DNA from: a virus
Taxonomy: Duplodnaviria; Caudoviricetes
DNA length: 47,553 bases
Reading direction: 5' to 3' (one strand)
IMG/VR virus record: IMGVR_UViG_3300043432_000037
Span: 1 to 47,553 of that record
Within the stretch, counting starts at the first letter, position 1. Each line of letters starts with the position of its first letter. The notes beneath the pieces are model-generated. The model was not told the DNA's origin, made no database searches, and saw only the letters and a program-made list of their open reading frames with translations. Both the position numbers and the translations under genes were made by a program. Positions 24,559 through 34,367 of the stretch are shown here, piece after piece.

Positions 24559-26055
24559 TTACTCCCAGCCGTAGATAGGTGTGTACGTAAATCCAATAGT
24601 TTGTGAAGCTGTTGCAGTACCAACCAAGAATTTACCAACCAAGGCAATGAACTCACCCGGGTTGATAAATGCTGGTGCATCACCGAGGTCAAGGTAGATA
24701 GGACCAGCCTGTGGTTGTGTACCAATAGCTGCTCCGATAGCCCATGTCATAATACCAATAGGTATACGTCGCGGGGCTTTAGCGCCAGTAGCTTCTGCTG
24801 TTGCAAGAGACACCGCTGTATGACCGAAGGCTAGAGAGAACTGAATCGTGGTTGCTGTAGTCGCAACTGCTGCACCCAAGTTGACTGCATCAAGGCGAAC
24901 ACCACGCAAGACCAAACGACGGCCCTGAATGTTCACTGTACCTGCTGGGACTTGGTAGCTTGACCAGATACCATCTGTAGCTGCTGCAACTGCCGCAGTG
25001 ACTAAACCTTGGCCCCCCAAACCACCCGGCAAGTTGGCTGTTAGTGCCGTATTAGACGGAGCCGCTGCTGTGGGATTAGTGCTATTGGGGTAAGTAGCCA
25101 AGCTACCCATCGTGCCACCAGACAAGCCTTGGTAAGAGCCCAGAGTACGATTACCCATTGTACCTACTGTAGAAGACAATACAGGACCACCCAAACGTAC
25201 CGAGTATCGTGACAACTGAAACGCAATCGCTCCACCTGCTGCGCCTCCAACAATGGCATGACGTACAGAAAATGGAACAGCGCTAGACATCATTGGCTGA
25301 CCATTACCGACAGGTACATCAATCGTACCCATCAGGTTGATATTGCCGTTGTCGTTAATCCAGAACTCCACTTCCCGAGAAGTGATATACATGATGAACT
25401 GGTATTTTTTACTATTCACATATGCCCACGGAGTGGCATTAGTAGAGCTAGTTGGGAACACACCAGTAGACACCTCAGTACCGTTGTAGTTCATTATACC
25501 CTGCAAGCCTGCAGAGGTTAGGCGGAAGTAGCAACCATCTGTGGGGGCATATGGGTTAGCAGCACCACGCAAGAACCCCCCGAAGTCAATAATGGTGTTT
25601 GCAACAGGTTGAGCACTAAATGCTGCCTCAATGTCAAAAGATGTTGTAGCCGTACCCCACAATGGGAAGTAGGCGTACGTTCCCATCGTCGTACCAGTAG
25701 TTGTGGTAGTTAAGTTGGTACTATTGGTGTTGTAGTTACCAGCAGCCCATGCAGGTACAAGAGTGGTAGCAACAGAAAAGTGCTTACCAGTATTTTGGGC
25801 AACATAGTTGTAGTTTTCTTCATCTAGGAACGTATCCAAACTAACACGTCCTCGGAAGTCGTCATCAACTTCTTCTGACATTAGGTATGGACTACCTGTC
25901 ACAAAACCGGGATCATTTTCAGCAAATTCCCGCGTTGCTCCAACATTAGCTGGGTTAGTTGCTACATCTGTTTCAGTAATAACTTTGAGTTGATTGGTAC
26001 CTGCTACCTCAACAACGTTACCAGAGGTATTACCCTCAATACGAAATCCTGCCAT
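24559..26055 (-). CDS. Putative tail-associated protein (beta-rich, lectin-like)
   Basis: 498 aa rich in G/A/T/N; AGGAG SD; located in the tail block. Confidence 0.75.
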   Translation of the reverse strand: MAGFRIEGNTSGNVVEVAGTNQLKVITETDVATNPANVGATREFAENDPGFVTGSPYLMSEEVDDDFRGRVSLDTFLDEENYNYVAQNTGKHFSVATTLVPAWAAGNYNTNSTNLTTTTTGTTMGTYAYFPLWGTATTSFDIEAAFSAQPVANTIIDFGGFLRGAANPYAPTDGCYFRLTSAGLQGIMNYNGTEVSTGVFPTSSTNATPWAYVNSKKYQFIMYITSREVEFWINDNGNINLMGTIDVPVGNGQPMMSSAVPFSVRHAIVGGAAGGAIAFQLSRYSVRLGGPVLSSTVGTMGNRTLGSYQGLSGGTMGSLATYPNSTNPTAAAPSNTALTANLPGGLGGQGLVTAAVAAATDGIWSSYQVPAGTVNIQGRRLVLRGVRLDAVNLGAAVATTATTIQFSLAFGHTAVSLATAEATGAKAPRRIPIGIMTWAIGAAIGTQPQAGPIYLDLGDAPAFINPGEFIALVGKFLVGTATASQTIGFTYTPIYGWE

Positions 26056-26066
26056 GATTTATCTCC

Positions 26067-26360
26067 TTAATCTGCCCAGACGTAACGCGCCTGGAACGTG
26101 CCAGTGAGTCGAAGCATCGACATGGCTTGTGCTGTGAAACCTACCCCCGCGGACACTGAACTGGCCTGCAGGGACAATCCGCCCAAGGGCAGCATCTGGT
26201 GCTCCACGGTATTATGCGAGGCAGTTGAATCTGTCCCCATCAAGTACAGTTCAACTTTCGCCGTGCCACTTATGGCCGCATCACTGACAGCCGCGGTAAC
26301 GATGTTTGTTCCTGGCGCAGCGCCAAAATCAAACGTGACGGTGCCTTGACCTGTTGCCAT
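26067..26360 (-). CDS. Virion-region hypothetical protein
   Basis: G.GTVTFDFG...AGVGFT......GTFQARYVW. Confidence 0.75.
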   Translation of the reverse strand: MATGQGTVTFDFGAAPGTNIVTAAVSDAAISGTAKVELYLMGTDSTASHNTVEHQMLPLGGLSLQASSVSAGVGFTAQAMSMLRLTGTFQARYVWAD

Positions 26361-26366
26361 ATGCTA

Positions 26367-26846
26367 TTAAGTTGCAGTGCCTTGGAACACTGGTTGCGTT
26401 CCAGAGCTGACGCCATTGATGTTGATTTGCAAGCCTGCTACTAACGATACAGGGCCGCCCAAATCCATGTAGCCAAAAACGTGCTTCCCAGCGTCAGTAC
26501 TGTCATAGAATACAGCCCAATACGCTCCAGTCGGGTTGCCGGCATTTGCAGCAATTGTGAGAGGGCTGGTTGCATTGAGGCTAGTAACAGCTCCTGCAAG
26601 TGTGGAGGTAGTTCCTGAAACGGTGATACCACCTGCGGAGTAGACGCCACCCGGGGTGACTTCGTTGGTGGAGTAGTTTTGCGCTCCGCCAGCTCCCCAG
26701 CGAGGGTCACTGTCTGCGACTGCGGGGGGTGCCGCATTGGTGATAATTGCCATCTTCACTGTGTTGGTTGCCCACAGCGATGCCAGCGCCGTGAGGCTCA
26801 TGTTCGACACGAACTTTGCACTTACGTGCGTTTGACCTGCTGCCAT
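26367..26846 (-). CDS. Virion structural protein, paralog of 22894-23352
   Basis: TVKMAIIT...STNEVTPGGVYSAGG...WAVFYDST...GYMDLG. Confidence 0.8.
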   Translation of the reverse strand: MAAGQTHVSAKFVSNMSLTALASLWATNTVKMAIITNAAPPAVADSDPRWGAGGAQNYSTNEVTPGGVYSAGGITVSGTTSTLAGAVTSLNATSPLTIAANAGNPTGAYWAVFYDSTDAGKHVFGYMDLGGPVSLVAGLQININGVSSGTQPVFQGTAT

Positions 26847-27424
26847 TATTGGTACTCCTGAATTGCGAGAATGGAACTGCTACCACAGATAGCGTGTATA
26901 GCATTGGTTGTAAATGTGTATCTGTCCATAACCCAGGTGCCGTTTGGGGTTAGTGTTATGCCAGAATTGATTGCTGCGCTGAAACCATCACCAAAATGGA
27001 CGTTGACAGTTCCTAGATTCATGATGACAAGTTTCTTGCGTAAGCTGTTTGCAGCGAGGACCACGCTGTCACTGGAAGTTACGCTGGCACTGGCAGGGGC
27101 AAGAGCTGTGCCAAGGCCACGCATCAGTGCGTTCATGCCTCGGAGTTTGGAGCTGACGGTGCCGGAAGTGTCACCATAAACGGCTGTGTCAGTGGTGGAG
27201 CCTTCCGCGACATCGGCTCCGTCAGCAATTGTGACTGCACCCCCAGAGCCGCCACCGCCGCCAGCTTGCTGCCCTTTGACCCACGACAGGCTTGTTGTGT
27301 CCCAGACATAGTTTGCGGTGTTCAGCAGTCCACTGGAGATTGTGGGTGCCCCAGGCAGCAACGCAGTGTCATCGACGCCGATGTAGTGCTGACGGTTGGT
27401 GTGGCCTATGCGAAGGGTGGGCAC
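26846..27424 (-). CDS. Virion-region hypothetical protein
   Basis: GTG start; TAATG coupling to the next gene; LAANSLRKKLVIMNLG..VHFG..GITL.P.G domain. Confidence 0.75.
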   Translation of the reverse strand: MPTLRIGHTNRQHYIGVDDTALLPGAPTISSGLLNTANYVWDTTSLSWVKGQQAGGGGGSGGAVTIADGADVAEGSTTDTAVYGDTSGTVSSKLRGMNALMRGLGTALAPASASVTSSDSVVLAANSLRKKLVIMNLGTVNVHFGDGFSAAINSGITLTPNGTWVMDRYTFTTNAIHAICGSSSILAIQEYQ

Positions 27425-27451
27425 TGGACTGGGCTTTCAGTTAAACTTGGG

Positions 27452-27491
27452 TTTTATGCCCGTATTATTAATTATTAATACGGGTGAGAAA
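27452..27491. repeat. 40-bp dyad element, copy 8
   Basis: TTTTATGCCCGTATTA-ttaattat-TAATACGGGTGAGAAA. Confidence 0.9.
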
Positions 27492-27506
27492 CTACTCTAT
27501 AACTGC

Positions 27507-27911
27507 CTACTGTGCCCGATACCACGTACTAGTATCTGCCACAAACATGAACACAGCCTCGGAGCCTGCTGCCAGGGTGAATGACGCCGTGCCGACAATA
27601 GTTTGGCCGCTGCCGGGGGAGACTGTCAAGCCCGTGACTGTTTGCGACGACAGAATGGACTGCCGGAAGCCATCACTAGCCTGTGCCGGGAGTGTCAATG
27701 TTACTCCAGAAATCGCCCCAGCCGGTGTCAGCAGGCAAGTTCCAGTCGATACTGGAATCTCATGGGCCAAGCCTGTCGTGGCTACGACAATCTCATAAGC
27801 CCACAGACTGCCGAGCTGATTCGCAGATTGCTGCACCTTCCGCATCCATGGCACCGCCGGATGGTCCCCAGGCAGGCCGTAATTCCCGGCAACACTAACT
27901 GGCGTCGGCAT
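27507..27911 (-). CDS. Virion structural protein (tail needle/fibre-like)
   Basis: LLTPAGAISGVTLTLP..DG...SSQTVTGLTV...WYR motif. Confidence 0.7.
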   Translation of the reverse strand: MPTPVSVAGNYGLPGDHPAVPWMRKVQQSANQLGSLWAYEIVVATTGLAHEIPVSTGTCLLTPAGAISGVTLTLPAQASDGFRQSILSSQTVTGLTVSPGSGQTIVGTASFTLAAGSEAVFMFVADTSTWYRAQ

Positions 27912-27912
27912 G

Positions 27913-29229
27913 TTACAGCTCCCAGGCTGTCATATAGCCCATTTTTTGCAGCTCCGGCAGCTGTTTCGACACCCGTTTGCCAATGTCAGTCCGGTACATT
28001 GGACTATTTGCAAACTCCAGTCCACGCAAATTGTCATAAGCATGCTCGACTGCAGCTTCAACACCAGCCCCAACCCCCGAAACCACGCCCACATAACTGC
28101 CTGCAGTAACCATCATCGGCACTTGCACTAGCTTTCCGCCTTCAAGTTCCGGCGCGGCTCCGAGCATCATCTCTGCTGGATGGAAAAAGTACCTGTTACT
28201 AGCCTTCAGTCCCCAAACTGGAAACCCGCACATCACCTCGCGCGGCTGGAAGTTGTACGGGAAGTCCTTAATCGCAACCACAATCCCCACACCAACGTCA
28301 GGATACGGGTCAAAACTATCCGTACCCAGCACAGCATCCAGCATCCACTGGCACGGCTCGCGGTGCAGCACCTGCTGGATTTGAAACAGCGGCCAGCCAG
28401 GTCTTGTGGTGAACTCCAGCGGCCAGCACTCACCCTTTTTGTCGATAATCACAGCCACGTCAATGTACCCAGTGTAGCCACTGCGAATCAGCTCTGCCTC
28501 AAGCGGCACTAGCAATTTTTGTGCCAACAACGAATCAGCAACTGGCACGTACTTCATCACCGTGCCCATTTCGCCAGTATTAGGTCCGATGTCTTCGTTC
28601 ATCAGCTTTTTGTGCTCGAAGTTCTCCAGGCACCACTTGCCGAAGCCATTGCGACCGACCCAAGCCCCAACCGCTACTTCAATACCACCGTGAAATTCCT
28701 GAAAAATGAACGGGTGGCGCGGAGCGTGCTTCTTCCACTCTGTAAGCATAAACCGCAAATCGCGGCTAGACTTGCTAACATAAGAAAGAGCACGGTCAGC
28801 GTCGCCAAGAGGCTTAGACACGTACCGTGTAAGAGGATTCGCGTCCAGATGTGCAATCGCTTCGTCATAGTTCTTAAAGAGAATCGAGGGAATGGTCTTG
28901 ATGCCGCAGCGCTCGAACACTTCAACACCGACATCGCGCTGCAGTTCCCAGGTTGCCGCATCCACGTTGCAGCCGAAGATCGGGAAGCCCGCATTGCGGT
29001 AACCTTCAAGTTCTTTGACGTACTTGGTGTTGTCTGAAGTGCAGATCAGATCGGCCCACTTCATCGAAGATTGCCAGTCCGGCACTTTTGTCACCAGTCC
29101 GTCACCTGCGGGGTGCCGCTGCCCCTTGGGGTCTGGCCCCATGAACACTCGCACTTCATGTCCGGCGGCTTCGCAGCGCATCGCAAAGTCCACATAAGAG
29201 GCAATCGCGTCAATTAGAAGGATTTTCAT
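27913..29229 (-). CDS. ATP-grasp ligase, PurD (GAR synthetase)-like
   Basis: YVSKPLG, FQEFHGGIEV, EHKKLMNEDIGPNTGEMG, LEFTTRPGWP, MYRTDIG parallel the PurD motifs. Confidence 0.85.
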   Translation of the reverse strand: MKILLIDAIASYVDFAMRCEAAGHEVRVFMGPDPKGQRHPAGDGLVTKVPDWQSSMKWADLICTSDNTKYVKELEGYRNAGFPIFGCNVDAATWELQRDVGVEVFERCGIKTIPSILFKNYDEAIAHLDANPLTRYVSKPLGDADRALSYVSKSSRDLRFMLTEWKKHAPRHPFIFQEFHGGIEVAVGAWVGRNGFGKWCLENFEHKKLMNEDIGPNTGEMGTVMKYVPVADSLLAQKLLVPLEAELIRSGYTGYIDVAVIIDKKGECWPLEFTTRPGWPLFQIQQVLHREPCQWMLDAVLGTDSFDPYPDVGVGIVVAIKDFPYNFQPREVMCGFPVWGLKASNRYFFHPAEMMLGAAPELEGGKLVQVPMMVTAGSYVGVVSGVGAGVEAAVEHAYDNLRGLEFANSPMYRTDIGKRVSKQLPELQKMGYMTAWEL

Positions 29230-29362
29230 GTTACTTGTTACCTGTTATAAGGGGCGCTGGCGGAGCCGGAGGGCCACCCCATCGCTGCTGCTACCCACGA
29301 CCGGCCACAGTAGCAGCAACTTGTGCTAAGTGCAAGGCTGGAGCTGCAGCAACAATGGGGGA

Positions 29363-29402
29363 TTTTATGCCCGTATTATTGGCTCTTAATACGGGTGAGA
29401 AA
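29363..29402. repeat. 40-bp dyad element, copy 9
   Basis: TTTTATGCCCGTATTA-ttggctct-TAATACGGGTGAGAAA. Confidence 0.9.
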
Positions 29403-29688
29403 CCGCCCACCATTCCACGCGCGCACAACCAGCTACAAGTGGGCCTCCGCATGCTACGGCTGAACATCCTATGGATATTATATGTGCTTCTACTATCAGT
29501 GTCAAGAGCTAGCCTGTTACTACGCATAGTAAGCAGTAATAACTTACTTACCCGCATGTGGGGGTGTGTGGTGCATGGAAGCTGGTCTCCCCAATGCCCC
29601 GCGCATGGCCGGAATGGGGCCGCCATGCTCTCAAATTCCCGGCAATAGGGGGTAGGTGCCAGCCATATCCGACCGCCCCAAACCCCCA

Positions 29689-29728
29689 TTTTATGCCCGT
29701 ATTATTAATTATTAACGCGCTTGCAAAA
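29689..29728. repeat. 40-bp dyad element, copy 10
   Basis: TTTTATGCCCGTATTA-ttaattat-TAACGCGCTTGCAAAA. Confidence 0.85.
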
Positions 29729-29736
29729 CCCTACCC

Positions 29737-32349
29737 TCAGTCTTCAGCTTCCCCGCCCACCAGCATCGACGCACCTTTGCCCGGCAGACTCCCTGCTGTG
29801 GTGGCCATCATGCGATGCACAAGCCGTTGCGTGAATGTTTTTGCTGCTTCAGGTGCCATTTTCTTGTACGCTGCTTTAATATCCGCATCCATTTTGGCAA
29901 TCGTCGCTGGTGGCAGCACTTTCCCTTCCTGCAGTGCAACCTTCAGCCGACCGTCCCACACCTGCTCCAGCTTATTCGGACTCACATTTGCCACAGCTTT
30001 CCGCACGGTTCCTTCAATCGCACGCTTGCCCCCAGGTGCACCCGCCACATACGCAAAGGCTTTTCCGAGGTTCGCAGCATCCCCTGTCGTCAGCATCGAG
30101 TACAGCTTCCCCGCGTCCATCTTCTCGCTCACAATAGCCTTTGCCTGTGCCATTGTTTTCTCTTTCAGCGCCTCGGCATCCTTGTACCCTTGCCCCAGAA
30201 TCTTCTGCTTTTGCTGTGCTTCCTGTTTTGCAGCCGCCGCGTTCAGCCGTTGCTGTTGCGTTTCTGCTTTTGCCAGCTCTTGCGCGTGCTTACCCTCAGC
30301 CGCTTTCGTCACCTTTGCAGCCTCACCTTGAGCTTGCGTGAGCATCTTTTCTGTTGCTGGCAGTGTCCCGGTACGAATTGCCTCTTTTTCCTTTTGCAAC
30401 TTCGCCACACGCCCAGCACTCGCACCTTCTTTGGCCTCAATCTTTGCCAGTTTCGCCGCATAATCATCCACACGCTGCTGCAGTCCCGGCACTTCCCGCA
30501 TCCAGTCTGTCTGCCCAGGTGCCTTTGCCCACTCCTGCACCTGCTTGCTACTTCGCCCTGCAAGTGTCCGTGACACATAACTCTGTGCCATGGCGTCCAC
30601 CAACTGCGGGTCACCAGTCAGCTCACGCAAATCCCGCACACCGTCGCGGTCCTTGAAAAAGGCCTTGGGCATTCCCGCAGCGCTCTTGTCTTCATTCAGC
30701 GCCATGCGACCCATCTGTGTCTTGAACTTCTCCGCATGTTCAAGTTGCTGCGTGTAGTTCGCCTGCAGTGCCCGTTGCGTATTCGGTGCATAAGCTTCCT
30801 GCACCTTGGAAATGCGCTCGTACATCTTCTTGGCCAGATCTTGCCCCAGGGCACCATACCCTTCAGCCTCTTTGCCATATGCTGCATCGCCAAGCTTTCG
30901 CCGCACATGGTCCAGTGCTTCGTGCGTGGTCTTGAAAATCTCGTACTGCGGCGCTCCTTCAGGTGTCTGACCAACCAGCACCTTCTTGGCACTAATCGCG
31001 TCCCAGATCTTTTCGTAAGCTGACTCTACACCAGACTCCTTCACTCGTGTCAGTCCGACTTCTTTACCAGCATCCGTGGTAATCGTACTAGCTGCCCGGC
31101 CTGCCGGAGTCTTCTGAATCTTCGCAGCAATCTCTGCCCGCAGTGCCTTATACTCTGGCAGCTCGTCAATAAACTGCCCAGACTGCTCTTTGGCTTGCAC
31201 CTCAGCATCCCGAGCACCCCGCAGCTTTTCATCCGTCTGCTTGCGAATTGCATCAGTCTCTTGCTTGCGAGTGGAAATCTTTTGCGTCAGTTGCTCGCCC
31301 ACATCCGACAGCTCTTGTGGCTTGCCCACTGTCATATTCAGTTCGTGCTCAGCTTGCTTCCCAATGCGCTCCGTCGCTGCCATGCGATTCTGCGTCATCG
31401 CGTTAATCTTCTGCGCCCGAGCAGCAGCATCTTTGCGAACTTGCACAACTTGCTCTTGCGCCCGTTTGATGATTTCTTCAGCTTCTGTCGGTGCCGTGTA
31501 ACTTGGCTTCTGCACTTGCCCAGCCTGCACGCGGACCTTGGCAGCATCACCGTAGGCTTTTGCCATGATCGAATTGGCCGCTTGTTCAGCGGCTTGTGCG
31601 TCGGCCTCGACACCCTTCTTGAGAATTGCGTGCATGTCGTGCTCTGGCATGTCTTTACCAAACACACCACGAATCAAGTCTCGGCCAGCAACCTCAGCCC
31701 GATTTGCGCCAGCAGCCTTGCCTTCGGCCAAATTCTGCACTACAGACCACGCAGCCTTTGCCCCTTTTGGTACAAACGTACCAACAATCCCTGTTGGAGT
31801 CAGCGCACCAACCCCAATCTCAGTACCAGTCACTGCGAGCTCTGACCCACCGGCTTTGCGAGTGACTTCGCCAGCCGCAGCTCCAATGGCACTTGAGGCC
31901 GCACCCGCGGCAGCCATGGCAAGACGCGATGCACGCAGCCCGGCGCCAAATGTATATACAGCCTCGCCGACAAGTGCACCCGTCGCCGGAGTTCCAAAGA
32001 ATCCAGTCACAGCCGCTGCTGCTGGAGCTGCACCGTACATGATAAGTTCCGGCGTCATAGCACTAACAGCACCACCAATAGTAGTCTGTGTAGCAATGTT
32101 TGCTGCAGCTTGTTTGGCTGTGTGTGGTGCAGCACTGCCACCGGCGGGTTCTTGCGGCTGCTGTTCGCCAGCAGGCTGTTGTGGCTCGTTTGCTGCGGGT
32201 GCTTGTACCTCCCCGCGCAGTATAGCCATTTTCTTACCACCGTCGCCTGTGGCTGTCTTTTCGGCTGGCACCCATTTGCCACCAGTAAAGGCCATCTTTG
32301 CCCCATCGGCACCTGTTGCAGTCTTTTCCACCGGAGTCCAGTCAGCCAT
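29737..32349 (-). CDS. Large DNA ejection / internal virion protein
   Basis: 870 aa, helical and A/K/Q/E-rich, with a hydrophobic Gly/Ala patch; last of three genes after the tail tubular and GNAT genes. Confidence 0.7.
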   Translation of the reverse strand: MADWTPVEKTATGADGAKMAFTGGKWVPAEKTATGDGGKKMAILRGEVQAPAANEPQQPAGEQQPQEPAGGSAAPHTAKQAAANIATQTTIGGAVSAMTPELIMYGAAPAAAAVTGFFGTPATGALVGEAVYTFGAGLRASRLAMAAAGAASSAIGAAAGEVTRKAGGSELAVTGTEIGVGALTPTGIVGTFVPKGAKAAWSVVQNLAEGKAAGANRAEVAGRDLIRGVFGKDMPEHDMHAILKKGVEADAQAAEQAANSIMAKAYGDAAKVRVQAGQVQKPSYTAPTEAEEIIKRAQEQVVQVRKDAAARAQKINAMTQNRMAATERIGKQAEHELNMTVGKPQELSDVGEQLTQKISTRKQETDAIRKQTDEKLRGARDAEVQAKEQSGQFIDELPEYKALRAEIAAKIQKTPAGRAASTITTDAGKEVGLTRVKESGVESAYEKIWDAISAKKVLVGQTPEGAPQYEIFKTTHEALDHVRRKLGDAAYGKEAEGYGALGQDLAKKMYERISKVQEAYAPNTQRALQANYTQQLEHAEKFKTQMGRMALNEDKSAAGMPKAFFKDRDGVRDLRELTGDPQLVDAMAQSYVSRTLAGRSSKQVQEWAKAPGQTDWMREVPGLQQRVDDYAAKLAKIEAKEGASAGRVAKLQKEKEAIRTGTLPATEKMLTQAQGEAAKVTKAAEGKHAQELAKAETQQQRLNAAAAKQEAQQKQKILGQGYKDAEALKEKTMAQAKAIVSEKMDAGKLYSMLTTGDAANLGKAFAYVAGAPGGKRAIEGTVRKAVANVSPNKLEQVWDGRLKVALQEGKVLPPATIAKMDADIKAAYKKMAPEAAKTFTQRLVHRMMATTAGSLPGKGASMLVGGEAED

Positions 32350-32351
32350 GT

Positions 32352-33767
32352 TCAATCCTCTTTGAAGCCTGGGGGTAGGCCGTTGTTGTCACTGCCAGTG
32401 CCGACGCCATTGGCTTTCTTGTACTTTTCCAGTTGCGCACCGGAAGTGCCTTTCCAGGACTCGATCTGCTGCCGTGTCTTGGGGTCTTTGCTTGCGGCCA
32501 GAATCGCGTCGGGATTGGGGAAGCTTGCAAAAAACGCTTCGTCTTCCTTCATGGCGGCTTCCACCTTGGCATCAGGATGTGTGCGACGAACACGAGCAGC
32601 CGCCGCCAAGATCGCGGCACCCGTTGCCATCTTGTACAGTGCAGTTGCTTTTGTGTCCCCGGCTTGCGGGGTGACGGTTTTTTGCATACCTTCGATCTGA
32701 GCTTCTGAGGGTGCGCGGGACCCAGCACCCAGGGTTTCTGTCACCAGCACTGCACGACCCACGCCAGCCCCAGCTACAGAGAACATCTGCACATCAGCTG
32801 GTGTAATCACATTGGACCCCAAGCGTGTAATCGCACCTGTAAGTTCATGCCCTTTGAGGTCCATAAACGGCGAAGCTGTTGCGTCAATTTTGAATTGCCC
32901 CATACTGCGAAGTGAACGTGCACCCTCGCTCATCATCTTGGCCTGTGTGTCCAGGCGACCTTCAGCCTGCACCCCCATACCTTTGCCCTTGCCCTCGGCT
33001 TTACGCTGGGCTTCAGTCCGTTGGAGTTCCAGACGTTCTTGCTGCATTTGCAGTTGCATTTGCCGGAACTGTTGCTGACCCTCCCGCAGCAACACAAGAT
33101 TGGCTTCGTGTTCGCGACGAGACTGCGCAAGCTCGCGGTTTTTCTGCTCAATCTCTTTGGCTTTGATGTCAAATTCGCGTTGCTTTTCGACAAAAGCTGT
33201 ACGCTTTTCCGAAGTCATACCAGCTTTTTCTTGCTCTTTGGCCCAGGACACGAACTTGGGGTCAGAAACTGACGGAGCCTTTGACACATCCACACCAGCT
33301 TTAGCAGCTTTGTCTAGCAGGTTCTGCGCAGCTTCCGTGCTTGGCACTGCCATATAGTCACTTGCCGCCGTGGACATTGTTTCGCGTTGCTGTTGCTGCT
33401 CCAGGATGTGGTCAGCTGTTTGCTTGCGCGCTTGCTCGTCGGCGTGTCCAGCCAGCTTCTCCATCTCAATCATGGCCCCGTAGTGGCCCTTTTGCCCAGC
33501 CAATGTCGCTGCAGCAGTAGCACCCTTGGCAATGTCGGCTTGGGTCTTGATGCCACCAGCGACTGAATCAAACCCGGCCTTGGCATCAGCGGTTAAGTTC
33601 TCGCGATCGGTTTGCTCTTGCTTCATTGCAAGAACTTGCATTTGCCGCATCGAGGCTTGTGCGCGGGTGTCTTCAACATTAGCCTCGCGCTGTTGCTGTT
33701 GAGTACCTGCAATTTGGGCATAGCCAGCTTGTGTGGCCAGATTCCCCATGATAGAACCGAAATCCAT
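32352..33767 (-). CDS. DNA ejection / internal virion protein
   Basis: 471 aa Q/A-rich coiled coil; AAGGAG SD; synteny. Confidence 0.7.
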   Translation of the reverse strand: MDFGSIMGNLATQAGYAQIAGTQQQQREANVEDTRAQASMRQMQVLAMKQEQTDRENLTADAKAGFDSVAGGIKTQADIAKGATAAATLAGQKGHYGAMIEMEKLAGHADEQARKQTADHILEQQQQRETMSTAASDYMAVPSTEAAQNLLDKAAKAGVDVSKAPSVSDPKFVSWAKEQEKAGMTSEKRTAFVEKQREFDIKAKEIEQKNRELAQSRREHEANLVLLREGQQQFRQMQLQMQQERLELQRTEAQRKAEGKGKGMGVQAEGRLDTQAKMMSEGARSLRSMGQFKIDATASPFMDLKGHELTGAITRLGSNVITPADVQMFSVAGAGVGRAVLVTETLGAGSRAPSEAQIEGMQKTVTPQAGDTKATALYKMATGAAILAAAARVRRTHPDAKVEAAMKEDEAFFASFPNPDAILAASKDPKTRQQIESWKGTSGAQLEKYKKANGVGTGSDNNGLPPGFKED

Positions 33768-33776
33768 TACGGCTCC

Positions 33777-34364
33777 TTAGAAGAAAGCAGAAAGGTCTGC
33801 ACCTGAGGCATTGCCCCAACCACCAAGCACCGGGCCACCGCCACCCCCACTGCCGCCGCCGTTGACAATACCTTGTGCTGTGGGTGTTTTCATTACAGCA
33901 TTGCCAAAGGTGCTGCCAAAAGTCGATATGGCGTTTTGGTCAGCATTTGCCTTATCCGCCATGATGCCACCTGCAGTTCCAGGGGCACCGCTAGTCGCAC
34001 CAGACAGTGTCATCAGATTGGACATCTGCTGTTGGTACTGCTGACCTGCAAAGCCTGTGGCGTACCGTTCCAGTTCAATCTTCTCAGCCCCGCTACTAGC
34101 CTGCCCACGAGCACCCATCTTAGCGGACACAGCATCAAGGCCTTCCTGCTTAGCAAACTGCGCCCCAGGGGTCATCTCAAAGGGGGTTTTCCCTGACATC
34201 AAGTCTGACAACTGCTGCTGGTATTGTGGGCGTTGAGCTGCGAATGGGTCAGCCGCCGCAGCTGCTTGCTGACTGCCGCCACCGCCACCGCCACCGCCCA
34301 TCATAGACGACACTGCACCACCGATTAACGGGGCAGCAACAGCCCCAATGATTGAACCTGCCAT
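33777..34364 (-). CDS. DNA ejection protein (P22 gp7-like)
   Basis: Gly/Ala-rich N-terminus; TPGAQFAKQEGLDAV...ARG..SSGA....LERYATGFAGQQY. Confidence 0.75.
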   Translation of the reverse strand: MAGSIIGAVAAPLIGGAVSSMMGGGGGGGGSQQAAAAADPFAAQRPQYQQQLSDLMSGKTPFEMTPGAQFAKQEGLDAVSAKMGARGQASSGAEKIELERYATGFAGQQYQQQMSNLMTLSGATSGAPGTAGGIMADKANADQNAISTFGSTFGNAVMKTPTAQGIVNGGGSGGGGGPVLGGWGNASGADLSAFF

Positions 34365-34367
34365 AGG

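Noticed and set aside
19830-26055. Diversity-generating retroelement or invertible tail-fibre cassette
   Set aside because: No reverse transcriptase or invertase ORF and no adenine-specific TR/VR pair seen; the repeats are in-frame protein repeats.
29235-30573. Plus-strand ORFs (29235-29648, 29558-30331, 29815-30573) and other long antisense ORFs in the late arm
   Set aside because: They are shadow frames of the minus-strand genes or low-complexity sequence, without start signals.
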